DNA of 64,000 nucleotides from an uncultured Candidatus Saccharibacteria bacterium (GTDB lineage Bacteria > Patescibacteriota > Minisyncoccia > SW-4-49-11), in contig CAZWIJ010000007.1 in assembly GCA_964633865.1 (NCBI GenBank), positions 20,711 to 84,710 of the forward strand, written 5' to 3'. Shown in pieces: positions 11,038 through 21,691 of the stretch. The notes beneath the pieces are model-generated. The model saw only the letters and a program-made list of their open reading frames with translations, was not told the DNA's origin and did no database searches. Position numbers and translations under genes: made by a program. Numbering within the stretch: position 1 is the first letter of the stretch; every line of letters starts with the position of its first letter.

Positions 11038-11137
11038 AGAGATAAGACCATTTAGTTCTTTTAGAGATTTTATTACAAATAATAATCTCTAAAACGAGGC
11101 TAAGCTGAATGGCTCTCCCCCGAAAAGGGATTTTTTT
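11038..11137 (+). ncRNA. Candidate small structured RNA
   Basis: TTGACA (11002) and TG-n-TATACT (11026) promoter; long interrupted hairpin; weak 3' hairpin plus T7; no ORF. Confidence 0.5.
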
Positions 11138-11241
11138 GTTTTAAAATGATTCGATAATGATTTTTTATAATTTTGTAATAATTACTTGACAAAATTAGAT
11201 ATTAATGTATACTTATAAAGTCAATTTCTGTACTTTCACAA

Positions 11242-12579
11242 ATGAGGTCTTTTATGAGTATTAATTCAATAGATTTATTCAAAAATTTTGTTAAAGCAAT
11301 ATCGAAAGATGGTTACCTACATAATACATTTATCTTATATGGAGTAGAAGTTTGGCTTAAGGAAATATTTGTAACTAATTTTGAGCAAGAAAGTAAATTA
11401 GAAAATGAATTTGAGATATTTATAAAAAATCTAGATCTTATAGATAGCTATGCTAGATTAAATAATCAAGAGATTCATCTTAGTAATTTTTTTGGTATTT
11501 TATTTCAAGTAATATTAGATAAAATAATTTACACTAAGAATATCAGTAAAAAATCGAAATCTGTTAGTAAATTAACAGAACTTTCTAAAAATCAATTATA
11601 TAATCTAAGAAATTATAAATTTATAATTGGTATTATTCTCCACATAGCTGGAGCTATTAACTCATATTCAATTATAAAATCAATACTGAGTGATTTTATA
11701 ATTGATAAATGGGATTCTTATTCTTCTCTTAATAAAGCAAATAATCTTCTTTTAGAAAATATTTATGCATCTAGAATATATTCTGTCCCCAATATATTCT
11801 TAAATAAATCTCTAATTAACAACTTTACTTTACCCAATATATTAACAAATAAAGTTATTTGTTATTCTGATGAAGTGAAAAATTTAAAAAAAAGATTTAA
11901 TTGTTATACAGATTCAAATATTTTAAAGAATGAACTTTTGTGTGGAATATTTATTTATAAAGAAATTCCTAAAGAATTCATTTTAAAAGCAAATGGAAAT
12001 ACATTTATTGCAAATAAAGATACTAATTTATGGTTTTTCATAGATAAAAACGGAGATTTAGCAAGTTTTAACTCTTATTATAAGCTTTCTGTTTTATCTG
12101 AAAGATTTGAACCTAAAAAAGGACCTATTGCTTATGAAATATTGAGAAGTTTAGTATTGACTGAGATAGCGAATTTAATAGTACCAAACTATGCTCTGCC
12201 TAATTTAGGGAATAGTAAGTCAAGAAATAAGTCCAAAAGCAGAAACAATAATATTAGATTTATTGAGAATAAACTTCTTTTGCCGACTATCAAACATCTT
12301 CAATCTTGCAAAGAACAAGATAAAGATTATAAAATAGAGCAATCACGAGATTGTGAATATGAAGAAGAAGGGCGACTTGTTAAAGTCAGAGCCCACTTGA
12401 GAAGACTAAGAGAAGGACAACATGCTGGTGAACAAGCTATTGCTTTTGGCAAAAAACTAAATTGGAATTTTGATCCAACTCAATTTACTTTAGTCAGATC
12501 TCATGAAAGAGAACTTCATTCTATGAATATTCCGATTAATGATACCAAACTTGGTATTTATCGTAATAAATTAGATTAA
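11242..12579 (+). CDS. Hypothetical protein with C-terminal VRxHxR motifs; paralog of 2..853
   Basis: 445-aa ORF (start may be ATG 11254), own promoter at 11186 and terminator at ~12612-12640. Confidence 0.8.
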   Translation: MRSFMSINSIDLFKNFVKAISKDGYLHNTFILYGVEVWLKEIFVTNFEQESKLENEFEIFIKNLDLIDSYARLNNQEIHLSNFFGILFQVILDKIIYTKNISKKSKSVSKLTELSKNQLYNLRNYKFIIGIILHIAGAINSYSIIKSILSDFIIDKWDSYSSLNKANNLLLENIYASRIYSVPNIFLNKSLINNFTLPNILTNKVICYSDEVKNLKKRFNCYTDSNILKNELLCGIFIYKEIPKEFILKANGNTFIANKDTNLWFFIDKNGDLASFNSYYKLSVLSERFEPKKGPIAYEILRSLVLTEIANLIVPNYALPNLGNSKSRNKSKSRNNNIRFIENKLLLPTIKHLQSCKEQDKDYKIEQSRDCEYEEEGRLVKVRAHLRRLREGQHAGEQAIAFGKKLNWNFDPTQFTLVRSHERELHSMNIPINDTKLGIYRNKLD

Positions 12580-12662
12580 AATTTCTTTTTCACTATATAA
12601 TTTTTATTTATCCCATGATTTAATTATCTTGGGATTTTTTATTTAAAAAAACACATAATTAA

Positions 12663-12688
12663 AAAGCCTCACTTTTAAGTGAGGCTTT
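12663..12688 (-). terminator. Intrinsic terminator of 12700..14799
   Basis: AAAGCCTCACTT-TT-AAGTGAGGCTTT perfect inverted repeat next to an A tract. Confidence 0.8.
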
Positions 12689-12699
12689 AGTAAAATAGA

Positions 12700-14799
12700 T
12701 TAATCTTTCATTTGTTTGATCAATTTCTCAAACTCTTGTTTTTGTTCTGGATAAAGAGGTCCAGAACTTTTGCCTCTAATTAAATCATAAATTAATGACT
12801 TTTCTTTCTCATTTAATTTTTCTCCTTGTTTCAGCTTAAGTATCACAGGGCTATATCTAAGAATACTTTTTTGTAGTCTGACATCTTCACAGATTTGCTT
12901 GGCTTTCTCAAGTTCAATATGCATTCTGATGGGAAGCCACTTATAAAAAGTGTCTTTTCTTTGAAAATAACCATCATAAATTTCTCTCAAATTACCTAAA
13001 AAATTGTCTCTACATTTAACTTTTTTACCAGTTTTTTCATCGATATACATAATATAGTCAGGTGGAATTTGTTTATGAAATTTCATATACCAAATTAGAT
13101 TCCAGACTTGAAGATATTTTTCTATAATCTCTCTTTTCCAGAAACACTCAAAGAATTCTACCTGTTCTTGAGTAGCATTGGTATAAGTTTTTCTTGAAGA
13201 ACATTTTACACATTTACGTCCCAAATCAATCATCTCTCCTTTAAAAGGCTCAATTTTGTAATTGAGAAGAGGTCTTTTACCATTAGTTTGGATAAAAATT
13301 TTCAGTTTTTCCCAAATATCTTGATCAGAGAGAATATTAAAGTTTTGAATTTTCTCTCTACAATATATTAAATCTTGATTTAATTGAAAAATTTTTGCCC
13401 CCATAGAAATACTATGATGAATAAAATTATGAAGATTTTTCCCCATCTTCTCTTCATCTATATCTTTAGAAGTTCTAGAAGGAATTTTATAATGATTCTG
13501 CATAAAATAGAGAGCTTCTTTCAGATAATAATCTCTTTCAGTTAATACAGAATCATATTTTGTAAACCAATTGTCATAATAATTAGATCTCTTTGTTAAG
13601 CAAAAATGATGTTCATTCTCTTGATTAATAATAATTTTAGATTCTTCTCCTAATATCTCATGTATTTTAGCAACAGCTTGTGCTGTATATGATGCATATC
13701 TAACTATACGATGATTATATGGAAGATAAAATAATGATTTATTAGGTAAATTTAACAAATAAGTTCTTCTAGAATCTTCATCTTTCATATTAGGAATTTT
13801 ATCACCTTCAATAATATATAGACTACTATCATAACTATTATTGTCTGATAAACTTTCCATAATTATTATTGACTTAGAATAACTAAGAAGACTTACCATA
13901 TAATATTTTTGCTTTCTTGAAGGAGCTTGCTCTATACTATAGATAACATTCTTTAAATTTCCATCTTCATCTACATGTCCAATCTGATCAAGAATAAATA
14001 CTAAATTTAAATATCTTTCTTGAGCTATCAAAGAATTAATATCTTCTGCTTCTGAATTTGAATTTTGAATTAGATTCTCATCTTCTTCAAATTGGTCAGA
14101 TTTAGAATTAATTAATTCAGTATTAGCCAAATAATCTTGAATTTGCTCAACAATTTTTAAAGAATAATTATCTTTATGCTCAAATCTATAGACATTTGGT
14201 ATAGAATTTAACTCTTCCTTAGTTTTCCCAAGATACCATTCTCTTTTCTTATCACCAAAGATAAGATAAATCACATTTCCATATACAAAGCTCTCAAGAA
14301 TCATTATATTTGCTTTCAGGTTTTTTAGTGAGAAAGCAATATAACTGTGTTTTCTTACAGTATTTGGATCTGGAATGCCTCTTGTATATTCAATATTCAA
14401 AAGGCATTTTGCTAAATCTTGTTCTTGATAAATTTCTTTTAGAATTTCAAAAAAATTCTTTAGATAGTCTAAGTTTAGATAGTTATTAATCTCAAAATTT
14501 CCTTGATTAGGATCAATTAATAAATCTGGATCATCGGTAGGAACTCCATATTTATTCCAATTTATAGGAAAGAGTCTATCTAGACTAGATAAAACTATCC
14601 CTGATAGAATATTGTGTTGTTCTTTTTCCTTAACTAAATTAAGAAATGGGGATCCAGAAGTGTATTCTTGTTTAATTTCTCTTAACCAAGCAGACATTTC
14701 TTGTGATTTAAAAATCAGTCTTGCTGATGCATTACTAAATTTAATATTCTGATAATAAGTAATCAGCTCATCTAATTTGATAATGATTGGGTCATTCAT
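12700..14799 (-). CDS. Hypothetical protein with a duplicated N-terminal module and helicase-associated (HA)-like C-terminal repeats
   Basis: Two Y...SL.....I.I/MES......Y.I.GDK blocks; F/Y...H/N...P motifs occur three times (FMQNHYKIP, FIQTNGKRP, YMKFHKQIP). Confidence 0.65.
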   Translation of the reverse strand: MNDPIIIKLDELITYYQNIKFSNASARLIFKSQEMSAWLREIKQEYTSGSPFLNLVKEKEQHNILSGIVLSSLDRLFPINWNKYGVPTDDPDLLIDPNQGNFEINNYLNLDYLKNFFEILKEIYQEQDLAKCLLNIEYTRGIPDPNTVRKHSYIAFSLKNLKANIMILESFVYGNVIYLIFGDKKREWYLGKTKEELNSIPNVYRFEHKDNYSLKIVEQIQDYLANTELINSKSDQFEEDENLIQNSNSEAEDINSLIAQERYLNLVFILDQIGHVDEDGNLKNVIYSIEQAPSRKQKYYMVSLLSYSKSIIIMESLSDNNSYDSSLYIIEGDKIPNMKDEDSRRTYLLNLPNKSLFYLPYNHRIVRYASYTAQAVAKIHEILGEESKIIINQENEHHFCLTKRSNYYDNWFTKYDSVLTERDYYLKEALYFMQNHYKIPSRTSKDIDEEKMGKNLHNFIHHSISMGAKIFQLNQDLIYCREKIQNFNILSDQDIWEKLKIFIQTNGKRPLLNYKIEPFKGEMIDLGRKCVKCSSRKTYTNATQEQVEFFECFWKREIIEKYLQVWNLIWYMKFHKQIPPDYIMYIDEKTGKKVKCRDNFLGNLREIYDGYFQRKDTFYKWLPIRMHIELEKAKQICEDVRLQKSILRYSPVILKLKQGEKLNEKEKSLIYDLIRGKSSGPLYPEQKQEFEKLIKQMKD

Positions 14800-14965
14800 A
14801 AGAAAAATCCCTCTTTATTAAAGTGCAATTGACTTTAGTATTCTAACACAGTTTATCTTTTTGTCAATATATTGTTACATTATTAGAGCCTATAAAAGAA
14901 AAAAGACTAACTCGTGTTAGTCTTTGGATATTAAATTTCTATCAGTATATTATCTAGTAATTACT

Positions 14966-15136
14966 CTAATCTCTTATTAAAGTTAGTACTTCATTTATAA
15001 TTTCTTTATTCTTCAAATGAATTACTAAGTTGTATTTTTTACAATTAATTAATAAAATATGATCTATAATGGTAACACCATTATTTTGTGTTCTAATTGA
15101 CGTATTTGTTATCCCAAATTTTGAGACTTCTATCAT
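14966..15136 (-). CDS. Small orphan ORF, 56 aa (MIEVSKFGITNT...LTLIRD)
   Basis: ATG to TAG frame with its own TTGACA promoter (15189-15194) and terminator (14902-14925). Confidence 0.55.
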   Translation of the reverse strand: MIEVSKFGITNTSIRTQNNGVTIIDHILLINCKKYNLVIHLKNKEIINEVLTLIRD

Positions 15137-15216
15137 ATAGTTTTAAAATGTACATTACAATAGAAATTATATCACAATAAGAGATTTTTGTCAATAGTAA
15201 TTTACATAAAATTTAT

Positions 15217-17175
<1,959 letters not shown>

Positions 17176-17304
17176 TTAAATTCTTTCTCTTATACTTAAT
17201 AGTATACCTTATTTTGTAATTTTTGTCATTATCCAAAAAATAAAAAGACCCCCCAATTAAGAGTGATCCAAGAAAATTATATTAATTAAAAATTAAATGT
17301 GTTC

Positions 17305-17492
17305 CTAATCTTCATCAAAAGAACCTTCTTCAAGATCAAGATATTCACACAAACTATCAAGATCTTTAGAATCGAGACCCTCAGTGTAAGAACAATCTTC
17401 TTCTGAATCTGAAAACAATACTACATAGGTATTACCATTATAAAGCAATGTAGCACCACATCTTGATCTTTATTACGAATCTCTAAGAGCAT
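17305..17492 (-). pseudogene. Frameshifted small acidic orphan
   Basis: MLLEIRNK.. continues in a shifted frame as SRCGATLLYNGNTYVVLFSDSEED...EEGSFDED-TAG. Confidence 0.45.
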
Positions 17493-17528
17493 ATTGTTTT
17501 AAATATACAAATTATATTAAATTGGTTT

Positions 17529-17544
17529 TGTTCCACATAGAACA
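17529..17544. other. parS-like site TGTTCCACATAGAACA
   Basis: Resembles the parS consensus TGTTTCACGTGAAACA; an identical 16-mer lies inverted at 27798. Confidence 0.7.
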
Positions 17545-17599
17545 AATTATTTGGCTTTTCAATATAAAAATAGCCTCCTAAATTTAGGAGGCTATAAAA

Positions 17600-17860
17600 T
17601 TAATTATTGTTCAAGCTGTATTCTAATATCATTTTATCAATTAAAACTTTAGCTTCTTTTAAATTTTTCGCATGGAAGCATATTCCGCTCCCACCGAAAC
17701 ATTGATCATTCCATTTATCTTTATAGTGAGAAGCATATCCCACCCAAAAAAGATCTCTTTCTCGATCATAGGCAAGATCTACAACCTCACCCATAAAAAC
17801 AACCTCCCATTTCTCCAAATCATTGAAACTTTGTTCAATAATTTTGTCAAAATGATCCAT
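17600..17860 (-). CDS. Small orphan protein, paralog of 18044..18250
   Basis: GAGG RBS, own promoter, terminator at 17570-17595; WE-x9-L-x2-D-x4-LFW motif. Confidence 0.75.
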   Translation of the reverse strand: MDHFDKIIEQSFNDLEKWEVVFMGEVVDLAYDRERDLFWVGYASHYKDKWNDQCFGGSGICFHAKNLKEAKVLIDKMILEYSLNNN

Positions 17861-18043
17861 TTAAACCTCTCAATCAATAAGTGTACAAATTTAAATATAT
17901 CATCAATATTAGTTTTTGTCAATCTATATTTACTAAAATTTAATTTTTATATTTATATTAAAAAATATAAAATAAAAAAACAAGACATACTATATAAAGT
18001 GTGTCTTATCTTAAAATTAAATATAATTCTTAATTAAAATTTA

Positions 18044-18250
18044 TTATTCTCTAGAAGCTAAACAAGATTCTTCAAAAGTTTTATATGGCCCGAATACAGC
18101 TCCACATTCAAGCCAAAATAGGCTATTTTGGGTATCTTTATAAAGATTAAAGAAACCCAATTCTGTTATTAATTCCCAGTTTTGACAGTTTTTTAGACTA
18201 TCTTGAGTAATCTTTTCATCTAAACTTTCAGATTTATTTTTAGTTACCAT
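18044..18250 (-). CDS. Small orphan protein, paralog of 17600..17860
   Basis: Own promoter (18304-18309), terminator at ~17980-18008; same WE...LFW motif. Confidence 0.7.
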   Translation of the reverse strand: MVTKNKSESLDEKITQDSLKNCQNWELITELGFFNLYKDTQNSLFWLECGAVFGPYKTFEESCLASRE

Positions 18251-18429
18251 GTTAAATTTATATGATAAATTTACATACTTATCATATCTTATTTTAATAA
18301 TTTTGTCAATAGTAATTTACTAAAAATATTTTTAATTGTTTTTGATATATTAATTTTAATTATGTAGGTATAATCTTGACATTTTATATAAAAGTGATAT
18401 ACTTCTTATCGTACTTTATAAGAAAGATT

Positions 18430-18975
18430 ATGTCATTAGAAAAATTTAAGTTTGATCAAGATCTTGTTATTTATTGTGATAACTTTAAATTAATACCAAT
18501 AGATATAGCATATACTGGAGAAATGTTTAGATCGATCTCGGATAATACCGTAAAGTTCACTTCTTTTAACAAACCAAGATGTCTTGATGAGACTCTTGAA
18601 TTTGTAAATTCAGCTATCAATCAAAATTCCAATAACGAATCTTTGATTATGATGATTCTGGAGGAAAAACCTAATAAGTTTATAGGTATGGTTGGTTTGC
18701 ATGAGCTAAAATCACATTCTCCTAAAATAGGAATTTGGATAAAAGACTCTTTTCACGGAAAAGGTATAGGAAAGAAATCTGCAAAAGCTATAATAACCTA
18801 TCTCACAGAAAAGTATTCTTTTTATAAAGAAGTAATTTATCCTGTTGCCAAAAACAATATTCCCAGCCGAAAAATTGCTGAGAATTTGGGAGGAGTACTT
18901 GATCAAAATTATAGCTCAAAATCTAAAAAATATGAATTGATCAGGTATATTATTAATTTAAGGAAAATAAGTTGA
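18430..18975 (+). CDS. GNAT N-acetyltransferase (RimJ/RimL-like)
   Basis: FIGMVGL, IGIWI...FHGKGIG and N.PSRKIAENLG. ATG 18430 preferred; the track's TTG at 18376 is part of a TTGACA. Confidence 0.85.
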   Translation: MSLEKFKFDQDLVIYCDNFKLIPIDIAYTGEMFRSISDNTVKFTSFNKPRCLDETLEFVNSAINQNSNNESLIMMILEEKPNKFIGMVGLHELKSHSPKIGIWIKDSFHGKGIGKKSAKAIITYLTEKYSFYKEVIYPVAKNNIPSRKIAENLGGVLDQNYSSKSKKYELIRYIINLRKIS

Positions 18976-19059
18976 GCAAAAAAGCCAAAAATATAATTTA
19001 GATATTGATTTGCAATTTGTGCTAAGATAAATTATCTTAGCTTTTTATTTTAATATTAA

Positions 19060-19300
19060 TGATAACTTGTTGATATTTTGTTGGTAACTCAGTTTTTTAT
19101 ATGGATAAATGTCTAATAACTTTGTTTATAATTATTAAGTTATGCATAGTTTAATTTAATCCACATATTTATATACATTTTATACATAAATAATCCACAT
19201 ACTTATCATTTTTGAAAACCTAATTCCAGACTATCTTTTATTTACTTTTCAACATATCCACAGGCTCTACTACTATTACTACTATATATTTATATATAAT
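19060..19300. other. Probable chromosomal replication origin oriC
   Basis: DnaA-box variants at 19100, 19157, 19191 and 19254, then GGCTC, DnaA-trio repeats TACTACTATTACTACTAT (19268-19285) and an AT-rich tract. Lies upstream of dnaN; gene orientation switches from mostly minus to mostly plus nearby. Confidence 0.85.
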
Positions 19301-19381
19301 AAGATAAAGAATAAAAGGTCTATATTTTTTAATCAATTTGGTATATAATTTAAGTATATAAGTAATTAACACTGGTAAGAT

Positions 19382-20491
19382 ATGAATTTCACATGTTTGC
19401 AAGAAAATTTATTAAAAGGATTACAAATAGCTAGACAATCTTCTACAAAACAATCTATGCTACCTATATTACAAAACTATCTTTTAGAAGAAAGAGAAGG
19501 ATCTTTGATTTTAACTACAACAAATTTAGAAATTAGTATAAAAACCTATATCAGAGGTAAACAAGAAGGTAAAGGAAAAATTACAATACCACAAGATAAA
19601 TTATTAAATTATATAAAAAATTTACCACAAGATAAAATAGAAATATCTTTGGAAGAAAATACTCTAAATGTCAAAAGTGGAAATGAATTTAAAGCTAAAT
19701 TCAATGGTATGGATGCTAATGATTTTCCAGAAATACCTAATATAGAATCTAAATTAGATATAAATTTATCTACACAAGATCTAAAAGAAGCTTTTAAGAT
19801 GACAATTAATTCTCTTCCCAAAAATGATTTTAGACCAGAAATATCAGGAGTTTTATTAATGGAAAAAGAAGGAAAGTTATTTTTTGTGGGAACAGATGGT
19901 TTTAGATTAGCTGAGAAAAAGATATCTAATGTTAATTTAACGAGTACTAATTTTCAATTTATTATTCCAGCTAAAACAGTACAAGAATGCAACAGAATTT
20001 TAGATTTAGTAGATGACGAAGATGTGAAATTATCTTTTAATGATAATCAAATGTCAATGATACTTTCTTCAGTAGAGTTAACATCAAAATTAATTGAAGG
20101 GAAATATCCTCAATATGAGGGGTTAATTCCTACTAGTTTTGAAAAAAGTTTTTCAGTGGATAAGAATAGTCTGATTCAAGCTATAAGATTATCTTCTGTT
20201 TTTTCTGATGATAATATTCATGATGTTAAATTTTATTTAGTGAATAATCAAACTTTAGAAATTCAGAGTGAAACAGACAGTTATGGTGAGAATAAAACAC
20301 AAATAACTTGTCAACTGACAGGTGAAGCTGATTTTATAATCAATTTTAACTATAGTTTTATTATGGACGGGTTATCTTTGATTAAAGGTGATCTTATTAA
20401 GTTTTTTCTTAATGAGACTGATTCTCCTGTGATTATGAAGGGTGAAGATTCAGAGCAATTTTTTTATCTAGTGATGCCAATCAGAGGATAA
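19382..20491 (+). CDS. dnaN: DNA polymerase III beta sliding clamp
   Basis: LPIL, TNLEISI, VGTDGFRLA, LIEGKYP.Y and C-terminal YLVMPIR. Confidence 0.97.
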   Translation: MNFTCLQENLLKGLQIARQSSTKQSMLPILQNYLLEEREGSLILTTTNLEISIKTYIRGKQEGKGKITIPQDKLLNYIKNLPQDKIEISLEENTLNVKSGNEFKAKFNGMDANDFPEIPNIESKLDINLSTQDLKEAFKMTINSLPKNDFRPEISGVLLMEKEGKLFFVGTDGFRLAEKKISNVNLTSTNFQFIIPAKTVQECNRILDLVDDEDVKLSFNDNQMSMILSSVELTSKLIEGKYPQYEGLIPTSFEKSFSVDKNSLIQAIRLSSVFSDDNIHDVKFYLVNNQTLEIQSETDSYGENKTQITCQLTGEADFIINFNYSFIMDGLSLIKGDLIKFFLNETDSPVIMKGEDSEQFFYLVMPIRG

Positions 20492-20503
20492 AATTTAAAT
20501 AAG

Positions 20504-20544
20504 TGTTGATAACTTGTGGATAAATAATGATAAGGTGTGTATAA
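20504..20544. promoter_or_regulatory. DnaA-box cluster downstream of dnaN
   Basis: TGTTGATAA 20504, TGTGGATAA 20515 and TGTGTATAA 20536. Confidence 0.7.
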
Positions 20545-20619
20545 GTAAATATATAGTGATATTTTAACCTGATATTAGATAATTATCTAGTAAATTATAA
20601 TAATTTAAATATAAATAAT

Positions 20620-21555
20620 ATGTCAGAATATATACCAAAAAATAATCTAGACTCTAATTTGGAATCAGATTTAGATATAGAAAATTCCATTGATAATGAA
20701 GAATTAAACAATATTTCTAAAAATGAACCTGAAGAATTAGATTTACAAAATGATTCCAGAAAAGAAATTGAATTAAAAATTGAAGAAGTAAGAGCTGATT
20801 TAGATAAATTAGAAGCTGAATTAAAGGCAGACGAAGAGCATAAAAAATTAAAAGAAGATTATTTGAATGATAAAATAACTTATGAAGAATTATCTAAATC
20901 AGTAGTTGATATTTATAATAGTTATCCAAATGAAATATTAAAAGAAAAAAGTATTAAATTTATAAATAGTCATGAAATTAGAGATAAAAATATAGAAAAT
21001 GAACAGGAAGTATATAAAAAGTTGAAACAAGACTTTTTATATGACAAAATTGATTATAAACAAGTATATGAAGTTTTAATTAATTTAGATCAAAAAATAC
21101 AAGATAGACAACTTTCTATTGAGAATATTAAATTTTTAGAAGATCCAGAAATTAAAGCAAAATATTTAGAAAATAAAGAAGATATTACTCAGATATCAGA
21201 ATATTATTCAGAGTTATCTTTTGCTTATTGGCATGCAGCACAATATAAATTGTTTAATGAAGAAGGTATAGAAAAAGAAGCTATATCTTTGATTGAAACT
21301 GATCTTGATTATAGAGAAAAATCAGTATTAGCTAATCCTGAGGCATATATTGGAGCTGAAGATAGAGACTATTATGCATTAGCTACAATAGCTTACCTTA
21401 AAAAAGATTTAGATGAATTAGAAAATATTTATTCTAAAATGACTCAAGATGAAAATCATCCGACTTTTTGTAATACCCAAATAGTTGAGAGATTTGTTAA
21501 AGGTCTAAAAGAAAGAGGAAAAATTGATTATAAAAAAGATTATCAAGATTTATAG
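20620..21555 (+). CDS. Acidic hypothetical protein
   Basis: 311-aa ORF; terminator at ~21585-21631. Confidence 0.75.
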   Translation: MSEYIPKNNLDSNLESDLDIENSIDNEELNNISKNEPEELDLQNDSRKEIELKIEEVRADLDKLEAELKADEEHKKLKEDYLNDKITYEELSKSVVDIYNSYPNEILKEKSIKFINSHEIRDKNIENEQEVYKKLKQDFLYDKIDYKQVYEVLINLDQKIQDRQLSIENIKFLEDPEIKAKYLENKEDITQISEYYSELSFAYWHAAQYKLFNEEGIEKEAISLIETDLDYREKSVLANPEAYIGAEDRDYYALATIAYLKKDLDELENIYSKMTQDENHPTFCNTQIVERFVKGLKERGKIDYKKDYQDL

Positions 21556-21691
21556 TAATTAAAATAAATTCTCTTTGCAAATATAAAGACTCTCTATACT
21601 AAATAAAATTAGGTAAAGAGAGTCTTTTTTTATAATATTTTGATTTTTTATAAATAAGAGTTATAATTAAAAATATAATTATAAAAAATTT

